From Haliotis cracherodii (taxonomy: Eukaryota): a DNA stretch of 64,000 bases. The DNA lies in NCBI RefSeq assembly GCF_022045235.1, contig NW_027266343.1, forward strand, positions 51,488,134 to 51,552,133, written 5' to 3'. Shown here piece by piece: positions 36,819 to 48,600 of the stretch. The notes under the pieces were generated by a model that saw nothing but the letters and a program-made list of their open reading frames with translations, was not told the origin of the DNA and ran no database searches. The position numbers and the translations under genes are program-made. Position 1 is the first letter of the stretch. Each line of letters starts with the position of its first letter.

Positions 36819-37074
36819 CTGCAAGGGGAAGGAAGTACCAACATCACTTGTTTACTTTGTGTTGTGTTTTGGTTTGTTTGTCAACATTTATATCACGGCG
36901 GTCTCCAAATAGTAGTATGGGTCAGACAAACAGTGATCGATATTATGATCAACGTGCCTCTCTGTCGTGAACGACGACGCACAATCAGCAAAGTTACAGA
37001 GCTTGGTTGGTAAATAGCTAGGACATAGTAGGGACTTAACGCATAATTGCCACTGATGGCGCCACGATCGAGCA

Positions 37075-37262
37075 ACAATCTGTAAATAATCGAGTCTTGA
37101 TCAGACAATCCAGTTATTGACATCATGTTCATCGATCCACGCAGTTGGGATACGATGACATGCATCAACCAAGTCAGCGAGCCTGACCACCCGTTAGTCG
37201 CCCCTTACGACAAGCAATGGTTACTGAAGACCCCGGATTTTACCCCGGATCTTCACGGGTCT
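37075..37262 (-). mobile_element. SINE family C, truncated
   Basis: Body consensus. Confidence 0.65.
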
Positions 37263-37441
37263 CTCAAGTTTTACATAGTCCCTGCACAAATACATGCTCT
37301 GATATTTTTGTCACCTTATTTTATATCAAATGGAGCAGCTGTTTAGTAAAAACAAATAATCTTATTTCTTTCAGTGTAAAATACACGCATTTTAAGTCTC
37401 TGCCTATGTTAATAATTTCAGTAACTGTGCTGTTTGTTGTT

Positions 37442-37675
37442 TATCGTCGCACTCTGCAATATTCCAGCCATATGATGGCTATCTGTAAATAATCGACCAG
37501 ACAATCCTGTGACTGATATCATGAGCATCTATCTACATAAATGAAATACGATGACATGCATCAACCAAATCATCGAGCCTGACCACTCGATCCCGTTAGT
37601 CGCCTCTTACGACAAGCCAGTAACGGCAAGCATTGGTTGCTGTAGACCTATTCTAACCCGGATCATCACGGGTCA
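37442..37675 (-). mobile_element. SINE family C, 33 bp downstream of SLC23 exon 1
   Basis: Body consensus. The copy ends at 37675 and the exon-1 donor is at 37708. Confidence 0.7.
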
Positions 37676-37708
37676 TCTGATTAATATATAAATAACTTGA
37701 TCCCATAC

Positions 37709-37855
37709 CTGTAAGGCAGCACTGAACAGCACCACACACGGCGGGTTTTGAATCAGGGTATAGTGCAGTCTTTCATCCTCATTGTCAACCAGCTTCTCTA
37801 CTCCTCTGTCAAGATCCAGGTCGTGGCCATTGTTTACTCGCTTCTTGCCAGTCAT
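37709..37855 (-). CDS. SLC23A-like: SLC23-family transporter, coding exon 1 (ATG at 37855; ...NPPCVVLFSAALQ)
   Basis: ATG is preceded by an in-frame TAG; the donor CAG|gtatgg lies at 37708/37707. The translation matches the SVCT N-terminal motif PPWxLCIxLGLQ. The ORF-track entry 37673..37864 starts at a TTG. Confidence 0.8.
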
Positions 37856-37879
37856 GATGATCAACTAATTTCAGCCTTC

Positions 37880-37960
37880 TGAAAATGCATGTGTTTCATG
37901 TAATATACGGCGTTTTATCCATGTCAGAATGATGAGATCTGATTGGTCCACGTGATCTTG
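37880..37960 (-). promoter_or_regulatory. Putative core promoter of the SLC23-like gene (TATA-like tatatta, CCAAT box, CACGTG E-box)
   Basis: On the minus strand: CCAAT at 37942-37946, E-box cacgtg at 37949-37954, and tatatta at 37901-37907, about 50 bp upstream of the ATG. A ttttcag just 5' of the ATG means an upstream non-coding exon cannot be excluded. Confidence 0.3.
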
Positions 37961-38334
37961 ATACAATACTATGTATCCCGCCCTGAAGGGCAATAAATTA
38001 CTCAGGGGGAGAATATATCCTTTATACCCCGCCATAAACAAGACAGACTGCACGTGGATTTCTCGTGATCCTGCTACAACTTATAGTGTACTGTATAAGT
38101 TCTGTTATATCCCTCTGCCTGACAGGTGGAATAGTTGAGATGTTGAACAATACATTACACTCGTACATAGTTCCATGACATGACAATACCTAGTGACATG
38201 GCAATAAGTTCGCCGAAAATCCTAATGGTATTATTAAAGTGACATTATACCTATGCCATGGCTTCATTGCAACCACACTACGATGATAGAAGTCATCTAT
38301 ACATGACTTATACATGACTCATTGCCATTTTAAC

Positions 38335-41276
38335 ATAACCAACTCTCTAATGATGAAGTAAGTCACCAGCTCTCTCCAATGATGAAGTAAGTCACCAACT
38401 CTCTCTAATGATGAAGTAAGTCACCAACTCTCTCTAATGATGAAGTAAGTCACAAACTCTCTCTAATGATGAAGTAAGTCATCCACTCTCTAATGATGAA
38501 GTAAGTCACCAACTCTCTAATGATGAAGTAAGTCACAGCTCTCTCCAATGATGAAGTAAGTCACCAACTCTCTCTAATGATGAAGTAAGTCACCAGCTCT
38601 CTCCAATGATGAAGTAGGTCACCAGCTCTCTCTAATGATGAAGTAAGTCATCCACTCTCTAATGATGAAGTAAGTCACCAACTCTCTAATGATGAAGTAA
38701 GTCATCCACTCTCTAATGATAAAGTAAGTCATCAACTCTCTAATGATGAAGTAGGTCACCAGCGCTCTCCAATGATGAAGTAGGTCACCAGCTCTCTCCA
38801 ATGATGAAGTAGGTCACCAGGTCTCTCTAATGATGAAGTAAATCAACCACTCTCTAATGATGAAGTAAGTCATCAACTCTCTAATGATGAAGCAAGTCAC
38901 CAACTCTCTGTAATGATGAAGTAAGTCACCAACTCTCTCTAATGATGAAGTAAGTCACCAACTCTCTCTAATGATAAAGTAAGTCACCAACTCTCACAAA
39001 TGATAAAGTAAGTCACCAACTCTTTCTTATGATAAAGTAAGTCATCCACTCTCTAATGATGAAGTAAGTCACAACTCTCTAATGATGAAGTAAGTCACCA
39101 ACTCTCTCTAATGATGAAGTAAGTCACCAACTCTCTCCAATGATGAAGTAGGTCACCAGCTCTCTCCAATGATGAAGTAGGTCACCAGCTCTCTCCAATG
39201 ATGAAGTAAGTCAACCACTCTCTAATGATGAAGTAAGTCACCAACTCTCTAATGATGAAGTAAGTCACCAACTCTCTTTAATGATGAAGTAAGTCACCAA
39301 CTCTCTCTAATGATGAAGTAAGTCACCAACTCTCTCTAATGATAAAGTAAGTCACCAACTCTCACAAATGATAAAGTAAGTCACCAACTCTTTCTTATGA
39401 TAAAGTAAATCACCAACACTCTCTAATGATAAAGTAAGTCACCAACTCTCTAATGATGAAGTAAGTCACCAACTCTCTTTAATGATGAAGTAAGTCACCA
39501 ACTCTCTCTAATGAAACAGTAAATAACCAACTCCCTCTTATGATAAAGTAAATAACCAACTCTCTCTAATGAAACAGTAAATAACCAACTCCCACTTATG
39601 ATGAAGTAAGTCACCAACTCTCTCTAATGATGAAGTAAGTCACAAACTCTCTCTAATGATGAAGTAAGTCATCCACTCTCTAATGATGAAGTAAGTCACC
39701 AACTCTCTAATGATGAAGTAAGTCACAGCTCTCTCCAATGATGAAGTAAGTCACCAACTCTCTCTAATGATGAAGTAAGTCACCAGCTCTCTCCAATGAT
39801 GAAGTAGGTCACCAGCTCTCTCTAATGATGAAGTAAGTCATCCACTCTCTAATGATGAAGTAAGTCACCAACTCTCTAATGATGAAGTAAGTCATCCACT
39901 CTCTAATGATAAAGTAAGTCATCAACTCTCTAATGATGAAGTAGGTCACCAGCTCTCTCCAATGATGAAGTAGGTCACCAGCTCTCTCCAATGATGAAGT
40001 AGGTCACCAGCTCTCTCTAATGATGAAGTAAGTCAACCACTCTCTAATGATGAAGTAAGTCACCAACTCTCTAATGATGAAGTAAGTCACCAACTCTCTT
40101 TAATGATGAAGTAAGTCACCAACTCTCTCTAATGATGAAGTAAGTCACCAACTCTCTCTAATGATAAAGTAAGTCACCAACTCTCACAAATGATAAAGTA
40201 AGTCACCAACTCTTTCTTATGATAAAGTAAGTCATCCAGTCTCTAATGATGAAGTAAGTCACCAACTCTCTAATGATGAAGTAAGTCACCAACTCTCTCT
40301 AATGATGAAGTAAGTCACCAACTCTCTCCAATGATGAAGTAGGTCACCAGCTCTCTCCAATGATGAAGTAGGTCACCAGCTCTCTCCAATGATGAAGTAA
40401 GTCAACCACTCTCTAATGATGAAGTAAGTCACCAACTCTCTAATGATGAAGTAAGTCACCAACTCTCTTTAATGATGAAGTAAGTCATCAACTCTCTCTA
40501 ATGATGAAGTAAGTCACCAACTCTCTCTAATGATAAAGTAAGTCACCAACTCTCACAAATGATAAAGTAAGTCACCAACTCTTTCTTATGATAAAGTAAG
40601 TCACCATCTCTCTCCAATGATGAAGTAAGTCACAACTCTCCAATGATGAAGTAAGTCACCAACTCTCTCTAATGATGAAGTAAGTCACCAGCTCTCTCCA
40701 ATGTTGAAGTAGGTCACCAACTCTCTCTAATGATGAAGTAAGTCATCCAGTCTCTAATGATGAAGTAAGTCACCAACTCTCTAATGATGAAGTAAGTCAT
40801 CCACTCTCTAATGATAAAGTAAGTCATCAACTCTCGAACGATGAAGTAAGTCACCAGCTCTCTCCAATGATTAAGTAAGTCACAACTCTCTAATGATGAA
40901 GTAAGTCACCAGCTCTCTCCAATGATGAAGTAGGTCACCAGCTCTCTCTAATGATGAAGTAAGTCATCCACTCTCTAATGATGAAGTAAGTCACCAACTT
41001 TCTAATGATGAAGTAAGTCATCCACTCTCTAATGATGAAGTAAATAACCAACTCCCTCTTATGAAAAATTAAATAACAAACTCTCTCTCATGATGAAGTA
41101 AATTACCAACTCTCTCCTTAGATATAGTAAGTAGCAAACTCTCTCTTATGATAAAGTAAAAAACCAACTCTCTCTAACGAAACAGTAAACAACCAAATCT
41201 TTCTTATGAAAAAAATTAAATAACCAACTTTTTCTCATGAAAAAGTAAATAACCAACTCTCTCTCTCTTATGATAA
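38335..41276. repeat. 29/30-bp satellite (about 100 units, aatgatgaagtaagtcaccaactctctct) with a 1190-bp higher-order repeat
   Basis: 38411 onward equals 39601 onward at an exact 1190-bp offset. ORFs 38619-38801 and 39809-39991 are identical artefacts. There is an inner ~368-bp sub-period (ctcacaaatgataaag at 38993/39361 and 40183/40551). The array continues briefly after the SINE at 41553-41575. Confidence 0.9.
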
Positions 41277-41552
41277 AAGGGGGGGGGGGGGGGCACGGGT
41301 GGCCCAGTCGTCTAAGGCGCCGCGATTCGCGTCCCTTGGGCTCGCCAGAAACCTATGATTGTGGGTTCGAATCCCGGTTCGCCCCAATTATGTTTCTAGG
41401 TTTGTCAGCACCATACCCGTGCTCGTGGGTTTCACCGAAGTGGTAAACGTCTGAGACCTGCATCACTTCGGGCTTTCCTCCCACATTAAGCTGACACGCC
41501 GCGATATAACTGGAATACTGTTAAAAGCGGCGTTAAACCCAACTCACTCACT
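41277..41552 (+). mobile_element. SINE family A inserted into the 30-bp satellite
   Basis: A G-run precedes the head. The satellite unit cttatgataaag is duplicated on both sides as a TSD (41265-41276 and 41553-41564). Confidence 0.85.
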
Positions 41553-42007
41553 CACTTATGATAAAGTAAACAAGCATGAAATACTCACATCCCTCGCCAA
41601 TATGACATGTCGGGTTGTGTGCAATGTAAATGGCCTAATTGCAGCACTAAAAAAAGTTATTACTGTCGTTGTTTTTCCATCTGCAGTTTATGATAGAATA
41701 TGTAACTGAATTTGTAATGAGTAAGGATGAGACATATGGACGAACAACTTCTTTATTACAATTAGGAGCGATGGTTTCGGTCAAGCAAGTGAAGTACAGA
41801 GTATGGTTTACAAGAATATATAGTGTTTATACAGTTGAGTAGGTTTAAGATCAGTTACACTGTTGTATTTGTAATGAGTTGTGTTTCTGCATGAAGTTAG
41901 TCAGTGAATGCAACAACTGTGTCCATGACACTTTTGGAGGAACATACACTCAAGCAATGCAGAACTTACCAACAAGAAAGGAAATGTATTCAATACTGTG
42001 AGATGAC

Positions 42008-43870
42008 ATTATGTGCCAAGTTTGGTGAAGAAATATAGTACGGTTTTCAAGATCTGCTCCGGAAACGAGGACTACCGCCATTTTCAGTCTAAATCAAAGT
42101 CGTTGCCATGGAAACTCAAAAAATAAAAAATAAATAAATTCCAAACTATCAAAAGGCACCAGTTCACCGCTAGATCTATCTATCTGCCAAGTTTGGTGAA
42201 GAAATATAAGTACGGTTTTCAAGATCTGCTCCGGAAACGAGATCTACCGCCATTTTCAGTATAAATCAAAGTCGTTGCCATTAAAAACTAAAAAAAACAA
42301 AAAAAGATTAAATCACAAAACTATCAAATAGCACCAGTTCACCACTAGATCTATCTATGTGCCAAGTTTGGTGAAGAAATATGGTATGGTTTTCAAGATC
42401 TGCTCCGGAAGCGAGGACTACCGCCATTTTCAGTCTAAATCAAAGTCGTTGCCGTGGAAAGTCAAAAAATAATATTTTGAAAAATCCCAAACTATCAAAA
42501 GGCACCAGTTCACCACTAGATCTATCTTTGTGCCAAGTTTGGTGAAGAAATATGGTATGGTTTTCAAGATCTGCTCCGGAAACGAGGACTACCGCCATTT
42601 TCAGTCTAATTCAAAGTCGTTGCCATGGAAACTCAAAAAATAATAAAAAATTAAATTCCAAACTTTCAAAAGGCACCAGTTCACCACTAGACCTATCTAT
42701 GTGCGAAGTTCGATGAAGTAATATAAGTACGGTTTTCAAGATCTGCTCCGGAAACGAGGACTACCGCCATTTTCAGCCTAAATCAAAGTCGTTGCCATGG
42801 AAACTCAAAAAATAATAAAAAATTAAATTTCAAACTATCAAAAGGCACCAGTTCACCACTAGATCTATCTATGTGCGAAGTTTGATGAAGAAATATAAGT
42901 ACGGTTTTCAAGATCTGCTCCGGAAACGAGGACTACCGCCATTTTCAGTCTAAATCAAAGTCGCTGCCATGGAAACTCAAAAAATAATATTTTGAAAAAT
43001 CCCAAACAATCAAAAGGCACCAGTTCACCGCTAGTTCTATCTATCTGCCAAGTTTGGTGATGAAATATAAATACGGTTTTCAAGGCTCAATGCCTTGGTT
43101 AAATTTTCTAAATAGCAAAAGGCACCAGTTCAGCATGACAGACCTGCAAAGTTTGATGAAAAAATATTGAACGGTTTTTGAGTTATGCAGCGGAAACAAA
43201 CCCTACCCTCACAGAACCTAAGTCCAACTTGTTGCAATGAAAACGTAAAAAAATTTTTTTTATAAAATTCCTAAATAGCAAAAGGCACCAGTTCAGTATG
43301 TGCCTAGTAGACATGCAAAGTTTTGTAAGAAAGTATTTAACAGTTTTTTAGTTATGCTCCGGAAACGAACACCACGCTTATAGAACCTAAGTTCAACTTG
43401 CTGCCATGGAAACGTAAAACATAAAAATTTATAAAACTCCTAAATAGCAAAAGGCACCAGTTCAGTATGTGTCTGGTAAACATGCAAAGTTTTGTAAGAA
43501 ATTATTTAACGGTTTTTGAGTTACGCTCCGGAAACGAACAACACCCTTATGGAACCTAAGTTCAACTTGTTGCCATGGAAACGTAAAACATAAAAATTTA
43601 TAAAACTCCTAAATAGCAAAAGGCACCAGTTCAGTATGTGTCTGGTATACATGCAAAGTTTTGTAAGAAATTATTTAACGGTTTTTGAGTTACGCTCCCG
43701 AAACGAACAACACCCTTATGGAACCTAAGTCCAACTTGTTGCCATGGAAACGTAAAACATAAAAATGTATAAAATTCCTAAATAGCAAAAGGCACCAGTT
43801 CAGCATGAGTCTGATAGACATGCAAAGTTTCGTAGAGAAATATTTGACGGTTTCTGGGTTATACTCCTGA
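42008..43870. repeat. ~175-bp satellite, two diverged subfamilies (alpha 42008-43080, beta 43080-43870)
   Basis: Alpha units start gccaagtttggtgaagaaatat at 42015, 42189, 42363, 42533, 42704, 42871 and 43047. Beta units start ctaaatagcaaaaggcaccagttcag at 43108, 43270, 43440, 43612 and 43780. Both share aaaaggcaccagttca, ctccggaaacga and gttgccatggaaac. Confidence 0.85.
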
Positions 43871-43877
43871 AACGATT

Positions 43878-43894
43878 TCGGGACGCACACACGC

Positions 43895-43952
<58 letters not shown>
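43878..43952. repeat. (CA)n microsatellite at the end of the 175-bp satellite
   Basis: Direct reading. It creates the Cys/Val-repeat pseudo-ORFs 43690-44077. Confidence 0.9.
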
Positions 43953-43957
<5 letters not shown>

Positions 43958-45064
43958 CGGACGGAACCGATTTTCTATCTCCCCCGCCAACTCCGTTGGG
44001 GCGGGGGATAATGATCGTGGCACATTAATTTTATCGGTGTACGATAAAAAGCGGGAAATGTTACTATTTTTCAACACAGAAAAAATTCTCGGAGAACACT
44101 TAGACGTGTCTTTGTTAAAACCGGTTTAATAATTGCAGTTAAATTTACACCATCAAATAGGAAATTTAATATTCTCCACATCTGCGTAATTTTATAGCCA
44201 GAGGTATATCCAGTGCCGCGTGAGCGCAATTCTCGCACAACCTTCACTTTTCCGATCTTAGGAAAATGTGCGTCAGCAAAAAAAACCTCGGCATCCATAG
44301 AGAATACTACACCCATTCTCGTTAGATACAATTTTTATGAAACGAGTGGACTTCCTATGGTATCTGACCGAGCGAATGAGTGTGGCATTTTATTTATTAC
44401 CAACGTTAAATATATATTTAGGTGTAAATACATAACAACTTTCGTTCGTTGGCAGAACAAACTGAAACCGGTTGCAAAATCTGGTTGCGCATGAATATTG
44501 ATATATGCCCAAATATGGGCATTGTTGACATTTCTGTGCATACGTATTAACAACATGTTCCTGCTGTTGTGATTGCAAACGTAACAGCATCGACGCTCAA
44601 GATCCTTTTGGAACAGTTTCTTCAACGTATGGTAATGCAAGCGCCATGTTGTAAGTACGCAGGACACCTATAAGAAAATTTGAAAAGACACATTTGCGCC
44701 GCGCTTTGAATATCGGACCAACAGTCGGTCACTCGCACTGCCGGGGTATTTAAAATGGCTCGGTTTCCTTGATCTATCAGCTAAATTTATATCCGGTCCG
44801 TACCATTTTGAAAGAGGGAATTCAGGGTGTTCGCCAAAGACATTCATCTTAACTGTACCACCTTGTACTGAAGTCGTGAAAATCAACAAACTTAAGTCTG
44901 CTTGCATGTCAGTGACAGCTTCGAACGAAGGGCAAGGTCAACACCGGAATAAGAAAAGACAACCGTGATCTACTTACAGCGTTTTGTGCTAGAGACAGGG
45001 AATGTTATTGTTCACATTTGGGATATTTTGGTCCACATAGCCAGAAATCAGACACACGTAAAAG

Positions 45065-46681
45065 TGGAAAATTGTATGCTATATTTGTAGATTTTTCGAA
45101 AGCATTCGATTCAGTCTGTAGAGATAAGTTATGGTATCTATTTAATTCACATGGTGTCAGTAATAAAATGGGTAAATTGTTATGTGGTATTTATAAGGAA
45201 GTTAAATCATGTGTTAAACAAAACGGCATGTATTCAGATTCTTTTATATGTCATACTGGTGTACGCCAAGGATGTGTATTAAGCCCTTTTTGTTCTGTTT
45301 TTTTTTATATTATTAATGAGCTTGCAGCCCAAATCAAAAGAAATTATGATGATGGTATACAATTACATCCTGAACTTATAAAAATATTTATGTTACTATT
45401 TGCAGATGATATAATCATGTTCTCGAGTACTGTAAAAGGTTTACAAACTTTGATAAATCAGCTAGAATTGTACTGTGATACGTGGAAACTTAATGTTAAT
45501 CTAGATAAGACAAATATTGTTGTATTTAGCAAGAGAAATACGCCGTCAAAAATTGAAAAGTGGTACTTTCGGGGACAATTACTCCAAACTGAAACCTCAT
45601 ATAAATATCTTGGTGTAATATTTTCAAGTAAATTATCATGGAACCGACATATATGTAATGCAGCAATACAAGCTAAAAAGATGCTTTTGGGCATTTTACA
45701 AACGTTTGAACATTTTAGCGAGTGTGCTTATAAATCTTTCTTCAAAATCTTTGACACAAAAATAACTCCTATTCTTTCCTATGGCTCGGAAATATGGGGT
45801 TTTGCAGAGGCTAAAGAAATTGAATCCGTACATTTATACGCATGCAACAGATTTCTTGGTGTTAAACATAGTACGTCTAACGTAATGGTTTATGGTGAAT
45901 GTGGTCGCATGCCCTTGTATATATATTACTTCTTAAAAATCATAAGATACTGGTTAAAATTACTAAAAATGCCGGTAGGTAGATTGCCAAAATAATGTTA
46001 TAATATGATGCTATTGTATGAAAAGAATGGAGATCAAAATTGGGCATACAATGTTAAATGTCTACTGTATAAATGTGGGTATTGTTACATCTGGGAAAAC
46101 CAATGTTTCTTAGAGAATCATGCCATGTTCATATCGAAAATAAGGCAGACGCTTTTTGACATGTACTTTCAAACATGGAGATCTACTGTAGATGTTTCTA
46201 ACAAATGCGAATATTATAGATATTTTAAAATGCAAATATGCACAGAAAAATATTTAACTGATGTAAATATAAGAAAATGCAGAATATCATTAACACAATT
46301 TAGATGCAGCTCACACAGGTTAATGGTTGAAGGTGGCAGGCACAACAAAATACCCAAATGTTTAAGATTATGTAAACAATGTTCTTTAAATGATGTCGAA
46401 GATGGCTTTCATTTTCTACTTGTATGTTGTAAAAATGATAATTTAAGGAAAAAATATATTGAACAGAAATACTATGTACATCCAAATAAATACATGTTTA
46501 TCTCTTTAATTTCACATGTGAGCAAAACGGCTACACAAAATCTCTCTCTCTCTCTTTATATATCATGCCATGTTATTAAGATATGAATCCTTGTAACATT
46601 CCTAACCGCTTCCACATTGTCATGTATTCTGTACTATTGGCCGGTGGCCTTACAGTTATATATGAATAAACTGATTGATTG
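45065..46681 (+). mobile_element. LINE fragment (5'-truncated RT with FADD motif plus C-terminal Cys/His domain) nested in the YR-element composite
   Basis: ORF 45018-45995 contains YAIFVDFSKAFDSV...VRQGCVLSP...LLFADDIIMF. ORF 46005-46586 is the C-terminal domain. The flanks are contiguous in the copy at 63.06-63.10 kb, so this is an insertion, with the short direct repeat gacacac at both junctions. Confidence 0.75.
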
Positions 46682-47617
46682 ACACACTTCTACGGAGTTT
46701 TCGAAAGATTTGTATCAGAAATGTTCTTTGTTCACTCAGTGATCTGGTCGTGCAGTCGTGAACAAACAACTCCCGAAACAGTGCCACAAAATACGCTTCG
46801 AAGGGGACACTGATGATACAACCGGATCATCCCAAGTTAGTCTAGATATCTGCCCAGATAGCTTAAACTTACTTCATTTCACCAAGCTTATCCTTTTACG
46901 TTAAATCAAATTGACAGTTGCGAAGGTGGTCGGGTGCGTCACGCTCATGGGGACCCTCGATCTATTGATCGTACTTTGTAAATTTTATGGATATAGCTCG
47001 ATTATATAATGTCTGTAAAAGCTCTATGCATAACTTATACAGAACGCAAACCGAATTTGATGCGTGTGACTATCTTGTTTGGTTTAATAAAGTGTTTGTA
47101 AATATCTCACGCTCTCATGAGAATGCTTCAGTTCTGCGTGCCTTGTTGTTGCAAAATGAATGACGTCTCGCGATTTTGTATGAATGACAAAAGTAGTACC
47201 GGTGTGACAGAGGTCACGGTTATCCAATCAAAACGAATTAAACAAGGTCAACCTTGTACGATACATGTGTGACCTACGGATTTAGTATCTTACCACTTGT
47301 ATCTTCACCACGTTGGTAATAAATATAGAATACTACACTCATTCTCGTTAGATACCATAGAAAGTTCACGAGTTTCGTAAAAATAGTATCTTACGAGAAC
47401 GAGTGTAGTATTTTATTTATTACCCACATTTTTATGGACGAAAATAGCGTTTTCGTTACTTTATACGCCAAACGCAAACTGGCTCGAACTCTGGTTGCGC
47501 ATGAATAGTAAAATGCCCAAATATAGACATGCTAACTTATTTACGCATTGGTAAATAGTTCCTGTTGTTTGTGTATGAATAATTGACAATACAGCTCATG
47601 CCAGGAAATAACATGAT

Positions 47618-48600
47618 TCATGATTTGTACAGTGCAACTGGACATCGTGGGTCGTTGGTAGACCATGCACGGGGAGGCGCGTCACGGACATTACGTGTGT
47701 CATTGCCTGTGCGTGTCTTTGTTTGACGTTCATTGTACTCAATGAACTCTCTACCATCAGAGTCGAGTTTTAGAACTACATCTCCCCACCTCATCAAGTG
47801 ATGAGGTTTTACACTTCGGAGACCAAAGTGTCTCGTGTTATTCCACCATAGTGTGTTGAGAATGGATTCTGGGTTATTAGGACCCAATTCGTTTGCATCA
47901 AACATCATGTTGATTTCATCATTGGACAGACTTTCGGCCCTATTTGGTAAGTTTCCTCGCCCTTCTCTTTTTAGAACTTTTTGTTTGGTTGACAGGACTT
48001 CGCGAAGTTTTGAAAACTCACGATCCTGCAACAAGGACTTGTCATATCCCCTTGATTTTAGAAATCTGTCAATACTTGATAGCTTTGATGTAAAAGAGCT
48101 TGGTTCATAGTCCTGGCCGTTAGATTTCTTTATCAAGATGAAAAAGCTACACAATACATCGCATAATTCATTTGGGGGTATGGTTTCAACCGGCCTAGAA
48201 TCAGCGTTGGCGTTCATGAATTTCTCATAATACTTATGTCATATTGGGTTTTTCTCCAGGTGTTTTGATTTCGATTTTGATGTATGAAATTGTCAATGTT
48301 TGAACAGTCATACTGATACACATTGTCACCTGGTATATCATCAAAAAAGTCATCCTTAAATAGTTCCTCATAGACACATTCTGGAACAGTGTCAAATGGG
48401 TTTAAAGCGGATATAGGGGCCGACGATACAGTCTTAGGAACAACAGTAAGTCTATGCCGTCCTACTTGCCTCATTTCACCATTCAGAGTTTTGATATTGT
48501 AGGCATTGAATGTTCCAAGTGGTTGAACAATAGAAAGCACCCGTCCTCTAACGTCTCCGTCAATTTTGACACAATCGTTAACACGAATAGTGGTAGCCAT
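47618..48600 (-). CDS. Tyrosine recombinase-like ORF (Crypton/DUF3504-type N-terminal domain + Box I Arg + beta-hairpin Lys; C-terminal catalytic half missing; one frameshift at 48214-48217)
   Basis: ORFs 48214-48600 and 47618-48217 carry ...GQDYEPSSFTSKLSSIDRFLKSRGYD...LPNRAESLSNDEINMMF...LWWNNTRHFGLRSVKPHHLMRWGDV...YNERQTKTRTG. The pattern matches the SAM-like plus core-catalytic N-terminal half of Crypton/DIRS YRs and the DUF3504 domain, from memory. No HxxR...Y follows before the hairpin. Confidence 0.45.

Noticed and set aside
38619-39991. Two identical 60-aa ORFs (38619-38801, 39809-39991)
   Set aside because: They are the same satellite block one higher-order repeat (1190 bp) apart, not a duplicated gene.
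38335-41276. CRISPR-like regular repeats
   Set aside because: There are no unique spacers. The units are contiguous satellite monomers in a eukaryotic context.
44335-44907. Minus-strand ORFs (110 and 79 aa) in the 0.75-kb body of the YR-element, which could be the missing C-terminal YR half
   Set aside because: No HxxR or terminal Tyr motif context was recognisable. They cannot be supported as coding.
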